Below, in pieces: positions 53,633-62,088 of a stretch of 64,000 nt of DNA. Where the stretch lies: assembly GCA_937770335.1 (NCBI GenBank), contig CALJHY010000005.1:219221-283220 (forward strand), in the 5' to 3' direction. A model generated the notes under the pieces. That model was given only the letters and a program-made list of their open reading frames with translations. It was not told the origin of the DNA and did not search any database. This DNA is from an uncultured Glaciecola sp. GTDB taxonomy: Bacteria; Pseudomonadota; Gammaproteobacteria; Enterobacterales; Alteromonadaceae. A program made the position numbers and the translations under genes. Positions within the stretch are counted from its first letter, which is position 1; each line of letters opens with the position of its first letter.

Positions 53633-56008
53633 TTAGAATCTATATTTTGCTGATAATGACCATTCGCGTCCACGTGCAAATACGACTTCTGAATATGATG
53701 ATGATTCATTTAGTGCCGTGTTACCTGCTACTTTGAATAGCTCATCTGATAAATTAGTCACACCAAAAGTTACGCTATATATATATTCAGGAGAGACCCA
53801 ATTAACAGACGCATTAATAAGATTATATCCATCCTGACTAATTTCAGGTGAATTTAGTGAATCAAAGAAAACATCATCACGATATGCCCAATCTACTCTG
53901 GGTGTAATTATTCCTCCTCCTGATATTTCATACGTGTATACTAAACCTAAACTCGAATTTAGCTCGGGTACATGAGGCATTTTATTACTCAGTTTAACCC
54001 CTGCATCCTGAATATCTTGACTTAAATCTGTATATTCAGCATCTACATAACCTAAGCTACTAACTACTTCTAGATTTTCGCTTGCCAACCATGTAACTTC
54101 AAGTTCTAGCCCTCTAATTTCAGCTTCACCTGCGTTAAACACAATTGGTGCAAAGTCTTCTCTGATTACAAATTGAAGTTCTGTATATGCAGTACTAAAT
54201 ATCGCACCATTGACTCGTAATCTGTTTTCTAGCAAGTCGGCCTTAAAACCAAATTCAAATGTTGCAGCCTTTTCTGGTTCAAACGTCCTAACTACTGGGC
54301 CTGGTTTAATATTACGTGCATTATAGCCACCGCTTTTAAAGCCTTCTGAATAACCAAAATAAACCATGGTTTTATCATTTATTTGATACGATAAATTAAA
54401 CATAGGCGTAGTATCGGAGTATTGTTCTTCATTCCAATCTAAAGGGAAAAACAAGGTTCCTTCAGGAACAACTGCAACATTACCGCCCCCTACCGTAGGA
54501 TAAATATTACCGTCAAACGGATGAATATAACCACCGTCCCCATCCTGCTCTTCACCAGCAATAGGGAATAAATAGGTGCTTTCAGTAAATTGTATTGGGA
54601 AGAATCCTTTATTTTCTTCTGTCCACCTTGCACCTACAGTCAACGATAACTGTTTTGTAAAATCATAGGTTAGCTGTCCAAATGCTGCGATAGAATCATT
54701 TTCAACTAAGCCACCGGTATTAAAAATACCCACAGCAGTAGGGACATAATAATCATCAGTTGCCTCTTCATTAAAATAATAAACTCCCGTTAACCAGTTA
54801 AACGCTCCATCGTAAGCATCACCTGTTAATTGAATCTCTTGGCTGAATTGATTTTGAGTATCGTCATTTCGAGTATGCAATATAACCAAAGGTGTATTAT
54901 CGGCATCTCTGGCACTAGACCACTCCATTTCTCTATAGGAAGTAATAGATTTTAGAGAGAAATTAGTGAAATCAGCAGTTACTATTAAACTCGTACCCCA
55001 ACTTTCAAACGTTGACTCCACTTCGCCAGTACCATAATTAGCATACGGCCCCGCATCCCAATCGCTATTTTCACAACGTGTTCTCAAGTCGCCTTCATCA
55101 AATGTTGCACTAGCGCAACCAGTATCAGGATTAGCTTTTGCCAATCGAGTAAAGAGCCCTTCACCTAATCCATTAAACGCTATAGGTGAGCCTGTTTCGT
55201 TCTCATCTATATAATCGGTTGTCCAGTAAACATTCAAATTATCTGATGGTAACCAGTTAACAGCAAAACGACCACCTTGACTATTATCATCACCTAATTT
55301 TGTACCATCAAGTAAACGTGTAACGTAGCCATCTCGCGTACGTGAACCTAATGATAAGGAGGTTAAAAGCTCATCATTTATTGGCATGTCGAGTGATAAC
55401 TTTAATTCTTGACGGTTATCAGAGCCGACTTTAGCGTCCACATAGCCTTCAAATTCGTCCCTAGGACGACGTGTTGTTAAACTTATCGCGCCACCAATTG
55501 TGTTCCGTCCAAAAAGGGTGCCTTGGGGGCCGCGCAGTATTTCTATTTGCTGTAAATCAACAAAGTCTAATGTTGCTCCAACTGAACGGGCCATGTAGAC
55601 CTCGTCTATATATAAACCTACCCCCGGATCTGTTGTTGGTAAAAATTCGGTTTGGCCAATACCTCTTATAAATATTTGAGAAGAAGCATTATTACCAGAA
55701 GATGGTGCATTTGAGGAGAAAGATAAATTAGGTGTAATTTGAGTTAATTGATCAGAAGAGTCTATTTGTCTACTTTCTAATTCATCAGCACTGAAGGATG
55801 TTATTGATATGGGCGTCTCTTGTAAGTTTTCAGTTCTCTTGCGAGTAGTAACAATGATCTTTTCTAAACCTTCAAATTTTTCTGGATCGGCTTTTTTTTC
55901 TTCGTCAGCGGCATATGTTGGTGTGATACCTAAAATGGCGGTTAACACGGCAATTGAAAGCGCACTGATTTTTACTTTACTGGTTCCTGATTGTATACTC
56001 TGATTCAT
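53633..56008 (-). CDS. TonB-dependent outer-membrane receptor
   Basis: 791 aa with a signal peptide. The plug region has EKIIVTTRKR and IEILRGPQGTLFGRNTIGGAI. The C-terminus ends ...SAKYRF. Confidence 0.9.
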   Translation of the reverse strand: MNQSIQSGTSKVKISALSIAVLTAILGITPTYAADEEKKADPEKFEGLEKIIVTTRKRTENLQETPISITSFSADELESRQIDSSDQLTQITPNLSFSSNAPSSGNNASSQIFIRGIGQTEFLPTTDPGVGLYIDEVYMARSVGATLDFVDLQQIEILRGPQGTLFGRNTIGGAISLTTRRPRDEFEGYVDAKVGSDNRQELKLSLDMPINDELLTSLSLGSRTRDGYVTRLLDGTKLGDDNSQGGRFAVNWLPSDNLNVYWTTDYIDENETGSPIAFNGLGEGLFTRLAKANPDTGCASATFDEGDLRTRCENSDWDAGPYANYGTGEVESTFESWGTSLIVTADFTNFSLKSITSYREMEWSSARDADNTPLVILHTRNDDTQNQFSQEIQLTGDAYDGAFNWLTGVYYFNEEATDDYYVPTAVGIFNTGGLVENDSIAAFGQLTYDFTKQLSLTVGARWTEENKGFFPIQFTESTYLFPIAGEEQDGDGGYIHPFDGNIYPTVGGGNVAVVPEGTLFFPLDWNEEQYSDTTPMFNLSYQINDKTMVYFGYSEGFKSGGYNARNIKPGPVVRTFEPEKAATFEFGFKADLLENRLRVNGAIFSTAYTELQFVIREDFAPIVFNAGEAEIRGLELEVTWLASENLEVVSSLGYVDAEYTDLSQDIQDAGVKLSNKMPHVPELNSSLGLVYTYEISGGGIITPRVDWAYRDDVFFDSLNSPEISQDGYNLINASVNWVSPEYIYSVTFGVTNLSDELFKVAGNTALNESSSYSEVVFARGREWSLSAKYRF

Positions 56009-56023
56009 TTAACTATCCCCTTT

Positions 56024-56071
56024 AATAAACTAATAAACTACTAAACTACTAAACTACTAAATTGCTAAATT
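56024..56071. repeat. Six tandem 8-bp units (NNTAAAYT) in the leader of the TonB-dependent receptor gene
   Basis: AATAAACT AATAAACT ACTAAACT ACTAAACT ACTAAATT GCTAAATT, lying 16-63 nt upstream of the receptor ATG (56008). Confidence 0.9.
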
Positions 56072-56176
56072 ATTGTGTATATTACAACTGATGCAACGAG
56101 CTAGCATAACAATGTCCCGCCCTAATATGCAGGATGTCTCATTGGAACTAGCACACCTTCTTATTTGCTTATATCA

Positions 56177-56295
56177 CAATAAAATTGCCGCGAATGGAAT
56201 TGTTAGGCATGGCCCTTGGCGTCATCGACAACTTATAACTTTCGAATTGTCTGTATTTGAATAATAAAAGTGCTAATTTTTTCAATTAATATCAT
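56177..56295 (-). pseudogene. Decayed 5' remnant of a muconate cycloisomerase (catB) copy
   Basis: The reverse strand from the ATG at 56295 reads MILIEKISTFIIQIQTIRKL*. Its first 54 nt are 46/54 identical to catB at 63695. After a deletion of roughly 190 bp it matches again: TCCATTCGCGGCAATTTTATTG versus 63977-63998. Confidence 0.8.
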
Positions 56296-56381
56296 GTTAA
56301 ATAATTGTTGCTGTATGGTTAACGTTTGATTAACTTAATGACTATTTACATCAATAACCAATATCAAATTAGTCGGTAGCG

Positions 56382-56396
56382 ATACCTTGGAGGTAT
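56382..56396. promoter_or_regulatory. LysR-type operator ATAC-N7-GTAT (BenM/CatM/CatR site-1 consensus), copy A
   Basis: ATACCTTGGAGGTAT overlaps the LysR start codon. The 99-bp divergent region 56296-56394 is 86/99 identical, without gaps, to 63596-63694 in inverted orientation. Confidence 0.6.
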
Positions 56397-57297
56397 GATG
56401 GAATTACGGCACTTAAGGTATTTTTGCGTGGTAGCGGAAGAGCTAAATCTGACTAAAGCTGCGGAAAAGCTATACATTTCACAACCTCCCTTAACAAGGC
56501 AAATCAAGCAGTTAGAGGAAGATATTGGTGCGGTTTTGTTTATTCGCCAAGCACGAGGGTTGGCACTGACTCAGGCAGGCCAGTACTTTTGGCGACACGC
56601 GAAACAAATTTTAGCCAAAGTAACGGTAACTGTCGAAGAAACCCGCCGAGTTGCTGAACATGGTAAAGATTTATTCAGAATCGGCTTTGTGCCGTCGGTA
56701 TTTTACGGTCAGTTACCTTCTCTTGTGAGACGGTTACGGCAAAATACGAATGCTGAAATAGTGTTGCATGAGTTGAAAACAGGGGAGCAACTTGAGGCTT
56801 TAAAAATCGGAGAAATTGATATTGGATTTGGTCGCCTGCATATTGAGGATCCTGAAATCGAGCAAACCATTTTATTTCAGGAAACAATGTTGGCTGCGCT
56901 GCCTAAAGGCCATAGTCTCGCTGTCCAGTCACCTTCAATGGCAGAGCTGGCGAAACTACCTATGATTCTATACGCTGCGGGACAAGGTCTAACATTTGCA
57001 GATATCTGCATGGGGCTATTTACCCGCAGTGGCCTGCGTGTAAATGTTGCTCAGCAAGTGAATGACATTCAAACTGCACTAGGACTAGTGGCGTCAGAGA
57101 TGGGTTTTACACTCGTGCCCGAACAAATGAAAAGGCTTAACCGCGACGATGTTGCGTTTGTGTCCTTGCAGGACAAATCCATTACAAGTCCGGTTATTTG
57201 CTCTCGCAGAAAAGAGCCCTACAGCGATATAATGATAATAGCGTCTGAGATCTTAGATGAGTTGGTCGAAAACCGGTTAACCGGTCGATACCCATAA
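56395..57297 (+). CDS. LysR family transcriptional regulator (CatR/CatM/BenM-like by context)
   Basis: MMELRHLRYFCVVAEELNLTKAAEKLYISQPPLTRQIKQLEE is the LTTR winged HTH. The protein is 300 aa. It is divergent from a catB remnant. Confidence 0.88.
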   Translation: MMELRHLRYFCVVAEELNLTKAAEKLYISQPPLTRQIKQLEEDIGAVLFIRQARGLALTQAGQYFWRHAKQILAKVTVTVEETRRVAEHGKDLFRIGFVPSVFYGQLPSLVRRLRQNTNAEIVLHELKTGEQLEALKIGEIDIGFGRLHIEDPEIEQTILFQETMLAALPKGHSLAVQSPSMAELAKLPMILYAAGQGLTFADICMGLFTRSGLRVNVAQQVNDIQTALGLVASEMGFTLVPEQMKRLNRDDVAFVSLQDKSITSPVICSRRKEPYSDIMIIASEILDELVENRLTGRYP

Positions 57298-57336
57298 AGA
57301 AATAGCATTGCATTATATTTAATTGTAAGAAGGTTT

Positions 57337-58116
57337 TTATCTGGTGTGCTCAATAATTTTTTTGGCTGCTTCCTGCAGATCAATCAAATAATCGTCGACA
57401 AGCTGTGCCAAACTTACACGTAATGCATTAGTACTGATATTAATGGCACCCAGTAACTTGCCGTGATAGTTAAAAAGGGGAACGGCTAATGAACGTAAAC
57501 CCAGTTCTAGCTCCTGATCGACAATACAATATCCTTGATGTTTAACCTCTTTTAGCATTTCAATAAACTTGGATTTATCTACGATACTTTTTGTGGTGTG
57601 TGAATTTAATACAAGAGATTCAATCCACTGATGCTGTTCCGATTCAGCAAGTTGAGTTATTAAAATCCTACCCATTGACGTATATGCTGCAGGCAATCGG
57701 GTTCCGGGTGTTAGATTAATCGACATCAGTCGGTGAGCAGCACTTGAGCGTACCAAATAAACAATTTCTTGATTATTAAGCACTGCCAGCGAACAGGATT
57801 CGCCGAGCTTAGTTGTAATCTCTTCAAGGTAGTGCTTCACGACATCGAGATGGTTATTTGTAGCGGTATAGGCATATCCCAACTGCAGTACTTTAGGAGA
57901 GAGCATAAACTCTCTGCCATCTTTCTGGATATAGCCCAATGAATGCAGGGTTAATAAAAAACGCCTAGCTTTAGCTCTGTCCATCCCAGTTCGTTCTGCT
58001 ACTTCAGACAAAGTCATTTGCTTGTGCTGAGTATCGAATGCTCCAATAACTTCAAGTCCCGATGCTAGGGCACCAACATAATCTCGATGGGCGGGGTACA
58101 ATTTCTCATCATTCAC
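57337..58116 (-). CDS. IclR family transcriptional regulator (PcaR/PcaU-like by context)
   Basis: 259 aa. The N-terminal HTH reads MTLSEVAERTGMDRAKARRFLLTLHSLGYI, followed by an IclR effector domain. It is divergent from pcaIJFD. Confidence 0.85.
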   Translation of the reverse strand: MNDEKLYPAHRDYVGALASGLEVIGAFDTQHKQMTLSEVAERTGMDRAKARRFLLTLHSLGYIQKDGREFMLSPKVLQLGYAYTATNNHLDVVKHYLEEITTKLGESCSLAVLNNQEIVYLVRSSAAHRLMSINLTPGTRLPAAYTSMGRILITQLAESEQHQWIESLVLNSHTTKSIVDKSKFIEMLKEVKHQGYCIVDQELELGLRSLAVPLFNYHGKLLGAINISTNALRVSLAQLVDDYLIDLQEAAKKIIEHTR

Positions 58117-58265
58117 GGATAAAGCCTCTTTAATCTACGATGTTTAAATTATTTTAGGTCTACTCTTAAGGTCCTAGTATAACTATTTGTTTATCATGGA
58201 GTTAATAATAAACACTAGGGCTCTTTCATGATCTAACTTGACTATCCGTTAAGTATAGATTAAGT

Positions 58266-58301
58266 TGTTCGCATAGTAAATTTAAATTCGCTATGCGAAC
58301 A
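58266..58301. promoter_or_regulatory. Perfect 11-bp inverted repeat just upstream of pcaI (candidate IclR-type operator)
   Basis: TGTTCGCATAG (58266-58276), a 14-nt spacer, then CTATGCGAACA (58291-58301). It ends 12 nt before the pcaI ATG. Confidence 0.55.
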
Positions 58302-58312
58302 CAAGAGGTGTT

Positions 58313-59128
58313 ATGGCTACTTTCATGTCACTTGCCCAAGCAATAGAGGCAGGAGTAAAAAATGGTAATTCTGTTGCGATGGAGGGGTTTACTCACCTTA
58401 TACCCTTCGCTGCTGGTCACGAAATAATTCGTCAGAAAAAGCAAAATTTAACTCTTATCCGTATGACACCAGACTTAATTTATGATCAACTGGTGGGTGC
58501 GGGCTGCGTTAAAACGTTAGTCTTTTCTTGGGGGGGTAATCCTGGTGTAGGATCCCTACACCGTGTGCGAGATGCTATTCAGAATGGATTCCCCAAGGAT
58601 TTAGAAACGGTTGAGCACAGCCATGCTGCAATGGCTAACGCCTATGAAGCTGGTGCCGCAGGTTTACCTATGGCGGTTTTTCGTGGCTATATTGGCAGTG
58701 AATTATCAGATGTAAACGACCAGATAAAGTTCATAACCTGTCCATTTACGTCTGAAAAACTGGCCTGTGTACCAGCGATTAAACCCGATGTTGGTATTAT
58801 ACATGCGCAAAAAGCTGATCGCCAAGGTAATGTATTAATTGAAGGTATTATTGGTGTACAGAAAGAAGTGGTGCTGTCAGCTAAACACAGCATTGTAACT
58901 GTTGAAGAAGTTGTCGATAAGCTTGACGCACATCCTAATTCCTGCGTATTACCTGCTTGGACCGTTGATAGTATTGTCGTGGCCAAAGGCGGTGCACATC
59001 CTTCTTATGCCCATGGCTACTATATGCGCGACAACCAATATTATAAAAATTGGGACGCAATAAGTCGCGACCGGGAAAGTTTCAGTCAATGGTTGCAAAG
59101 CGAAGTCTTGCAAGCGGGAGGACAATAA
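58313..59128 (+). CDS. pcaI: 3-oxoadipate CoA-transferase subunit A (glutaconate-CoA-transferase-like type)
   Basis: 271-aa CoA-transferase A-subunit pattern. It is followed by the B subunit, a thiolase and an enol-lactonase. Confidence 0.7.
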   Translation: MATFMSLAQAIEAGVKNGNSVAMEGFTHLIPFAAGHEIIRQKKQNLTLIRMTPDLIYDQLVGAGCVKTLVFSWGGNPGVGSLHRVRDAIQNGFPKDLETVEHSHAAMANAYEAGAAGLPMAVFRGYIGSELSDVNDQIKFITCPFTSEKLACVPAIKPDVGIIHAQKADRQGNVLIEGIIGVQKEVVLSAKHSIVTVEEVVDKLDAHPNSCVLPAWTVDSIVVAKGGAHPSYAHGYYMRDNQYYKNWDAISRDRESFSQWLQSEVLQAGGQ

Positions 59129-59129
59129 T

Positions 59130-59948
59130 ATGGCTACAAATTATACTTCGACTGAAATGATGACCATTACAGCTGCTCGGTCTTTGAGTAGTCACATGAC
59201 TTGTTTTGTTGGTATCGGTCTACCCAGTGAAGCGGCTAATGTTGCGCGAATGACGCACGCGCCAGATATTACCCTTATTTATGAGTCTGGCACTATCCAG
59301 ACTCAACCAAAAATTTTACCTCTTTCCATAGGTGATGGCGAACTATGTGAATCGGCGCTGACCACCGTCTCAGTGCCTGAAATGTTTCGTTATTGGTTGC
59401 AAGGAGGTCATGTCGATGTTGGTTTTTTAGGGACGGCACAAATTGATAAATATGCAAATCTTAACACTACAGTAATCGCTACGAAGTATGATAAAAATGG
59501 CAAAAATGGCAAACAAAGTTACGCTCATCCTCGCGTAAGGTTACCAGGCGGTGGTGGGGCGCCAGAAATATCTACTAATGCTAAAGAGGTATTCATCACA
59601 GTTAAACATTCAACTCGTACTTTTGTAGAAGAAGTCGACTTTGTCACTACAGTTGGTTTTGGCCGTGATGGTAAAGCTCGTGATAACCTTCCCCAGGTAG
59701 GACTTGGACCAACCGCAGTCATTACTGATTTATGCATTTTAAAACCACACCCTCAAACCAAAGAACTTATAGTTGTTAGTCTCCATCCATGTGTCTCCCG
59801 AGATCAGGTTATTGAAGCAACAGGTTGGCAAATTAAGTTTGCCGATACCCTTTCTACAACAAAAGCCCCTAGCGATATTGAACTAGAAATTTTACGAGAT
59901 CTAAAAGCTAGAACTGAAAAAGCGCATAACCAACAGGAGGATCAATAA
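59130..59948 (+). CDS. pcaJ: 3-oxoadipate CoA-transferase subunit B
   Basis: 272 aa, starting 2 nt after the pcaI stop. It contains a LPGGGGAPE loop. Confidence 0.7.
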   Translation: MATNYTSTEMMTITAARSLSSHMTCFVGIGLPSEAANVARMTHAPDITLIYESGTIQTQPKILPLSIGDGELCESALTTVSVPEMFRYWLQGGHVDVGFLGTAQIDKYANLNTTVIATKYDKNGKNGKQSYAHPRVRLPGGGGAPEISTNAKEVFITVKHSTRTFVEEVDFVTTVGFGRDGKARDNLPQVGLGPTAVITDLCILKPHPQTKELIVVSLHPCVSRDQVIEATGWQIKFADTLSTTKAPSDIELEILRDLKARTEKAHNQQEDQ

Positions 59949-61150
59949 TGTCAGTGTATCTTTGTTCGCCTAGGCGCTCTGCTATTGGTCGCTACGGCGG
60001 TGCTTTAGCTAATGTTCGCCCTGATGATATGCTGGCACAGGTTATTCGTGCCGTGATTGCCGATGCGAGCAAACTTGATGTTAGTCAAATTGATGATGCA
60101 ATTTTTGGTTGCGCCAACCAGGCTGGGGAAGATAACCGTAACGTTGCTCGTATGGCAACTCTTCTCGCGGGATTGCCATTTGGGGTTCCCGCGACGACGA
60201 TCAATCGTTTATGTGGTTCTGGTATGGACGCAATAGGCACCGCGTTTAGAGCCATCGTTGCATCAGAGGCCAGTTTGTTGCTTGCAGGTGGGGTTGAATC
60301 AATGTCACGAGCGCCATTTGTCTTAGGCAAAGCCGGTGGACCATACGATCGTACTCAACATATGGAAGACACCACTATGGGTTGGCGTTTTGTTAATCCA
60401 GCTCTCGACGCCCTTTACGGAACAGAAACGATGCCAGAGACAGCGGAAAATATCGCCGAACGGTATAATATTTCACGTCAAGATCAGGACAAATTTGCTT
60501 TAATGTCGCAAAAGAAAGCGCATCAAGCGCAGCGTGCTGGGCGGTTTAGCAAAGAAATAACGCCGATCAACTTTCAACCTCGACGAGGAGATGCGGTAGT
60601 GATTACCGAGGATGAGCACCTTCGTCCACAGACTACGCTTAAGGCGCTGGCTAGTTTAACGCCCTCGTTTCGTAAAAATGGCAGTATTACAGCAGGTAAT
60701 GCCTCTGGGATTAACGATGGCGCGGCAGCGATGTTGATTGCCAGTGAGCAGGCAGTGGTTCGTTATGAATTAACACCACTGGTGCGGATAGTAGGTATGG
60801 CTACCGCAGGCGTTGAACCTGCCTATATGGGAATTGGCCCCGTTCCAGCCGTGCGTAAACTACTTGACCGTACCAATGTGAAACTTGCGGATATTGCTGT
60901 AATTGAATTAAATGAAGCTTTTGCGGCTCAAGGCTTGGCCTGTATGAGAGAATTAGGCTTGGCAGATGATGACCCTCGTGTCAATCCAAATGGTGGGGCA
61001 ATAGCCTTAGGTCATCCATTAGGCATGTCGGGTGCGCGCTTAGTGCAAACCGCTGCCATCGAACTGCAACAGATACGAGGACGTTATGCACTATGCGCTA
61101 TGTGTATTGGTGTAGGGCAAGGTATCGCAATGTTAATTGAACGAGTTTAA
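59948..61150 (+). CDS. pcaF: 3-oxoadipyl-CoA thiolase (acetyl-CoA C-acyltransferase family)
   Basis: 400 aa with the thiolase active-site region INRLCGSGMDA. The C-terminus has NPNGGAIALGHPLGMSGAR and CIGVGQG. Confidence 0.8.
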   Translation: MSVYLCSPRRSAIGRYGGALANVRPDDMLAQVIRAVIADASKLDVSQIDDAIFGCANQAGEDNRNVARMATLLAGLPFGVPATTINRLCGSGMDAIGTAFRAIVASEASLLLAGGVESMSRAPFVLGKAGGPYDRTQHMEDTTMGWRFVNPALDALYGTETMPETAENIAERYNISRQDQDKFALMSQKKAHQAQRAGRFSKEITPINFQPRRGDAVVITEDEHLRPQTTLKALASLTPSFRKNGSITAGNASGINDGAAAMLIASEQAVVRYELTPLVRIVGMATAGVEPAYMGIGPVPAVRKLLDRTNVKLADIAVIELNEAFAAQGLACMRELGLADDDPRVNPNGGAIALGHPLGMSGARLVQTAAIELQQIRGRYALCAMCIGVGQGIAMLIERV

Positions 61151-61158
61151 GGCTTATT

Positions 61159-61944
61159 ATGCATCAATATCACCCATCTATAAACGCAGTCGTAAACGGC
61201 GACAATAAACATCCTGCTTTAGTCTTGGGGCATCCTTTAGGGATGAGCTTGCGGGCCTGGGAAGATGTTGCTATAGCGCTATCTGAATATTATTTCGTTG
61301 TGCGCTGGGATTTGCCGGGCCATGGTCAAAGTAACCCTGTAGCGAAAAGTACGCAACAATTGAATGAACTTGAATTGGTTAACCAGATTATTGAAATTTG
61401 TGCTGCTCTAGACATCAAGCAGTTTCATTATGCAGGTACGTCAATTGGTGGAATTATAGGTCAGCAACTTGCAATATACCATCCAGATAAATTGTTAAGT
61501 CTTACACTGACCAATACAGGGGCCAAAATTGGTACCAACGAAGCTTGGTTGCAGCGCAAAAAAGATGTTGATCAAAAAGGACTTGCAACCATGAGCGAAG
61601 CCATAGTTGCACGCTGGTTTAGCCCAAAAATTATTAGTACCAACCCACAAATTAAAATTGACTGGCAGCGACAGTTGTCTAATACGGATGATCATTCGTA
61701 TGGTTTGTTATGCGCTTGGTTAGGTGAACAAGATTACTGCAATGTATTAAAACCTAGCTCATTACCCATGAATTTTGTAGCTGGGGAAGATGATGTAGCC
61801 ACGCCGCCAGATTTGGTTCGTGAGTTAGCTTATTTACTGGGGAATAATGATGTTATCCAATTGAGCGGCGTGGGTCATGTACCCGGTGTTGAAGCGCCTG
61901 CAAGTATGATTAACATACTACAACACTCTAAAAATAGAAATTGA
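61159..61944 (+). CDS. pcaD: 3-oxoadipate enol-lactonase (alpha/beta hydrolase)
   Basis: 261 aa with the nucleophile elbow GTSIGG and HVPGVEAP near the C-terminus. It holds the expected position in the pca operon. Confidence 0.65.
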   Translation: MHQYHPSINAVVNGDNKHPALVLGHPLGMSLRAWEDVAIALSEYYFVVRWDLPGHGQSNPVAKSTQQLNELELVNQIIEICAALDIKQFHYAGTSIGGIIGQQLAIYHPDKLLSLTLTNTGAKIGTNEAWLQRKKDVDQKGLATMSEAIVARWFSPKIISTNPQIKIDWQRQLSNTDDHSYGLLCAWLGEQDYCNVLKPSSLPMNFVAGEDDVATPPDLVRELAYLLGNNDVIQLSGVGHVPGVEAPASMINILQHSKNRN

Positions 61945-61965
61945 AAATATGGGGCAACATATAAT

Positions 61966-61992
61966 GTCATTTTATGAAAAATGACGTTTTTA
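61966..61992 (+). terminator. Rho-independent terminator after pcaD
   Basis: GTCATTTT (61966-61973) pairs with AAAATGAC (61978-61985) and is followed by GTTTTTA. Confidence 0.65.
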
Positions 61993-62088
61993 TCTTTCTA
62001 ATAGTCAGATAAAGATCTCCGCGTGCAGGTTCGCAGGTGTTTTCAAACGGTCATACTGTAGTAAAAGAATAATCAGGGAAAACGGCTC

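Noticed and set aside
56073-56264. 63-aa plus-strand track ORF upstream of the LysR gene.
   Set aside because: It is the antisense reading of the decayed catB remnant. It has no RBS, and its existence is explained by the remnant.
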